The notes under the pieces were generated by a model that was not told the DNA's origin, ran no database searches, and was given only the letters and a program-made list of their open reading frames with translations. From Trypethelium eluteriae (Eukaryota), in assembly GCA_051942245.1 (NCBI GenBank), contig JAVECL010000032.1, positions 1-64,000 on the forward strand: a stretch of DNA of 64,000 bases, written 5' to 3'. Both the position numbers and the translations under genes were made by a program. This document shows, in pieces, positions 62,491 to 64,000 of this stretch. Position 1 is the first letter of the stretch, and the number at the start of each line of letters is the position of its first letter.

Positions 62491-64000
62491 CTATGCGGTC
62501 CCATTCGAACCATTCGATGACGAGCCGCCGTTCATGTGTACTCCGTTCGCCATATTCGTCGTCGTCCCCGCCTCTGTCTTCGTAGACTTCGCTCCATCTC
62601 CGTTCTCAAGCTTCATTGTCTTCGCATGGTATTTTTCAAATTGCTCCTTGAGTCTCCGCCCATCCGCCTGGGCACTTGGGTTTGGCCAGTAGCGTCCGGC
62701 AACGTAATCCCTGTCGAATTGTTAGTCAAGAAAGCGAGAGTTAGAAGTATTGACTCACCAGTATAGCAGGTCTGAGGAAGCCTTGGTCTTCTTGACTTCC
62801 TCCACGATTGTCAAGCCAACGTCTACCAACGTCTGGACAAGGCGACGCGCGAGATCTGTTCCTTGGTAATTCTGTTTCGTAGAGGCGCGCAAGTCTTTGA
62901 GCTTCTGATAATTGTTCTCGCGATCACGGAATTCGTGGCAGAGTGTAGAATCGCTCGCAGCCGGTTTCTTATTCGAGGTATCTTCGGTGTTGCGAAGATG
63001 TGTATGAGTGGCATCTTTCTGCTTGGTTTGGGACATTTCGGTGGAGTGTCGACGCGGTCCTGCAGATGAATGGTCATTCTTCAAGGCATGCGAACGTTTC
63101 TGAATTTTGATCGCGTTGAGCTGCTCATCCGACCTTGCGTGCTTAGGCCTCGGCTTGCGAGCGTCGTCATGATCGTCCTCAGCTTTGCGTTTGCGATCTG
63201 GAGTTCCTGCGTAGCCATTTGACTTTCTGTCTGGAGTCGCCTTTCCATTGGGATCTGCAGAAAAGAGACGTTGTCGTGAATCTCGGTGATTGGGGCCACG
63301 AGGTCGATGGAACTGATCTGAGGATGGAACTTTACGCATGGTAGTTGGACCGGGGCTCGAGGTAACCGACTTCTCCATGCGGTGCCTATGCAGACCAGGG
63401 TGCTTCTTGCTGTTGCGGTGATGATTTTCGAGAGCTTTCTTAACAGCAATGTTGGTACCGCCGCTCGTCTTGTCCTTGAGGACTTGGATCAAATAATTTG
63501 CGCGTCGCACCAGGTGAACGGCACCAGGCGATTTGGCATGCTTGTCCTCGTGCCCTTCACGTTCCGCTTTCTTATCAACGCGGTGTTCCTCGAGGAAGAA
63601 TTTATCTCCCATGCCCAAGTCTGGATCATCGCGAATGGCTACCCAGGCTCCGTAGCCATGGCGTGCAATGCCAACGCAGAGCATACCATCTTCACGCGCA
63701 CCCCACGGACAGTCATACTGGGCGGGCTTGCTGGCTTCAGGAACACGAAAGCTTTTCCAATCGGAAGCAGCCTTGACAACCTCCCTCATCATGCGCATTT
63801 CGGTGGGACGTTGCGTGATTGTGTCTGCGTTAAGTCGCTTGACCCCGCGATGATCAAAGAGCACCGCCTTCCTCTCCTTCTTGGTGAGAGCCTTATTTGT
63901 TTCACGCTCGAGAGCTTTCAAACGCTCTTCCTCGTCATGCATGAGTTGGTCAGCCTTGGTGGTGATTTCACCGAGCGTTGCCTTGAGTACGTCCATGTCA
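62491..64000 (-). CDS. CHD1: Chromodomain helicase CHD1/Hrp3, 3' portion (SANT/SLIDE DNA-binding region and C-terminus); 5' end lies outside the window
   Basis: WGAREDGMLCVGIARHGYGAWVAIRDDPDLGMGDKFFLEEHRV..KSPGAVHLVRRANYL. After the intron at ~62758-62712 the last exon reads WDYVAGRYWPN and runs to TAG at 62491. Confidence 0.9.

Noticed and set aside
1..64000. tRNA, rRNA and CRISPR arrays
   Set aside because: None recognised by eye. tRNAscan-SE/Infernal would be needed to exclude small RNAs.

Overview
Filamentous ascomycete (Pezizomycotina-type) genomic DNA, with GT-AG introns and CTAAC/CTGAC branch sites. From left to right: (1) an F-box-like gene; (2) a compact emodin/atrochrysone-type anthraquinone cluster at ~3.9-27.8 kb, comprising a metallo-beta-lactamase thioesterase, EthD decarboxylase, TE-less NR-PKS, AflS-like coactivator, DUF1772 anthrone oxygenase and AflR-like regulator; its only P450 is a multiply broken pseudogene, and the cluster is interrupted by a head-to-head PD-(D/E)xK-like / FTA2-kinase-like gene pair; (3) an AA9 LPMO with CBM1; (4) an intronless, overlapping, bacterial-type two-gene unit (MazG-like pyrophosphohydrolase + GIY-YIG/DUF2075 helicase) that looks like a horizontally acquired operon still arranged for bicistronic expression, which is the top finding; (5) a divergent Zn2Cys6 TF / MFS pump pair, an OPT transporter + glutamine-synthetase-like gene, and a kinase / CorA-like / amino-acid-permease trio; (6) core-looking genes at the right end: a Cu-only GPI-type SOD, PPN1 and the 3' part of CHD1. 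All calls come from motif recognition by eye. No searches were run.
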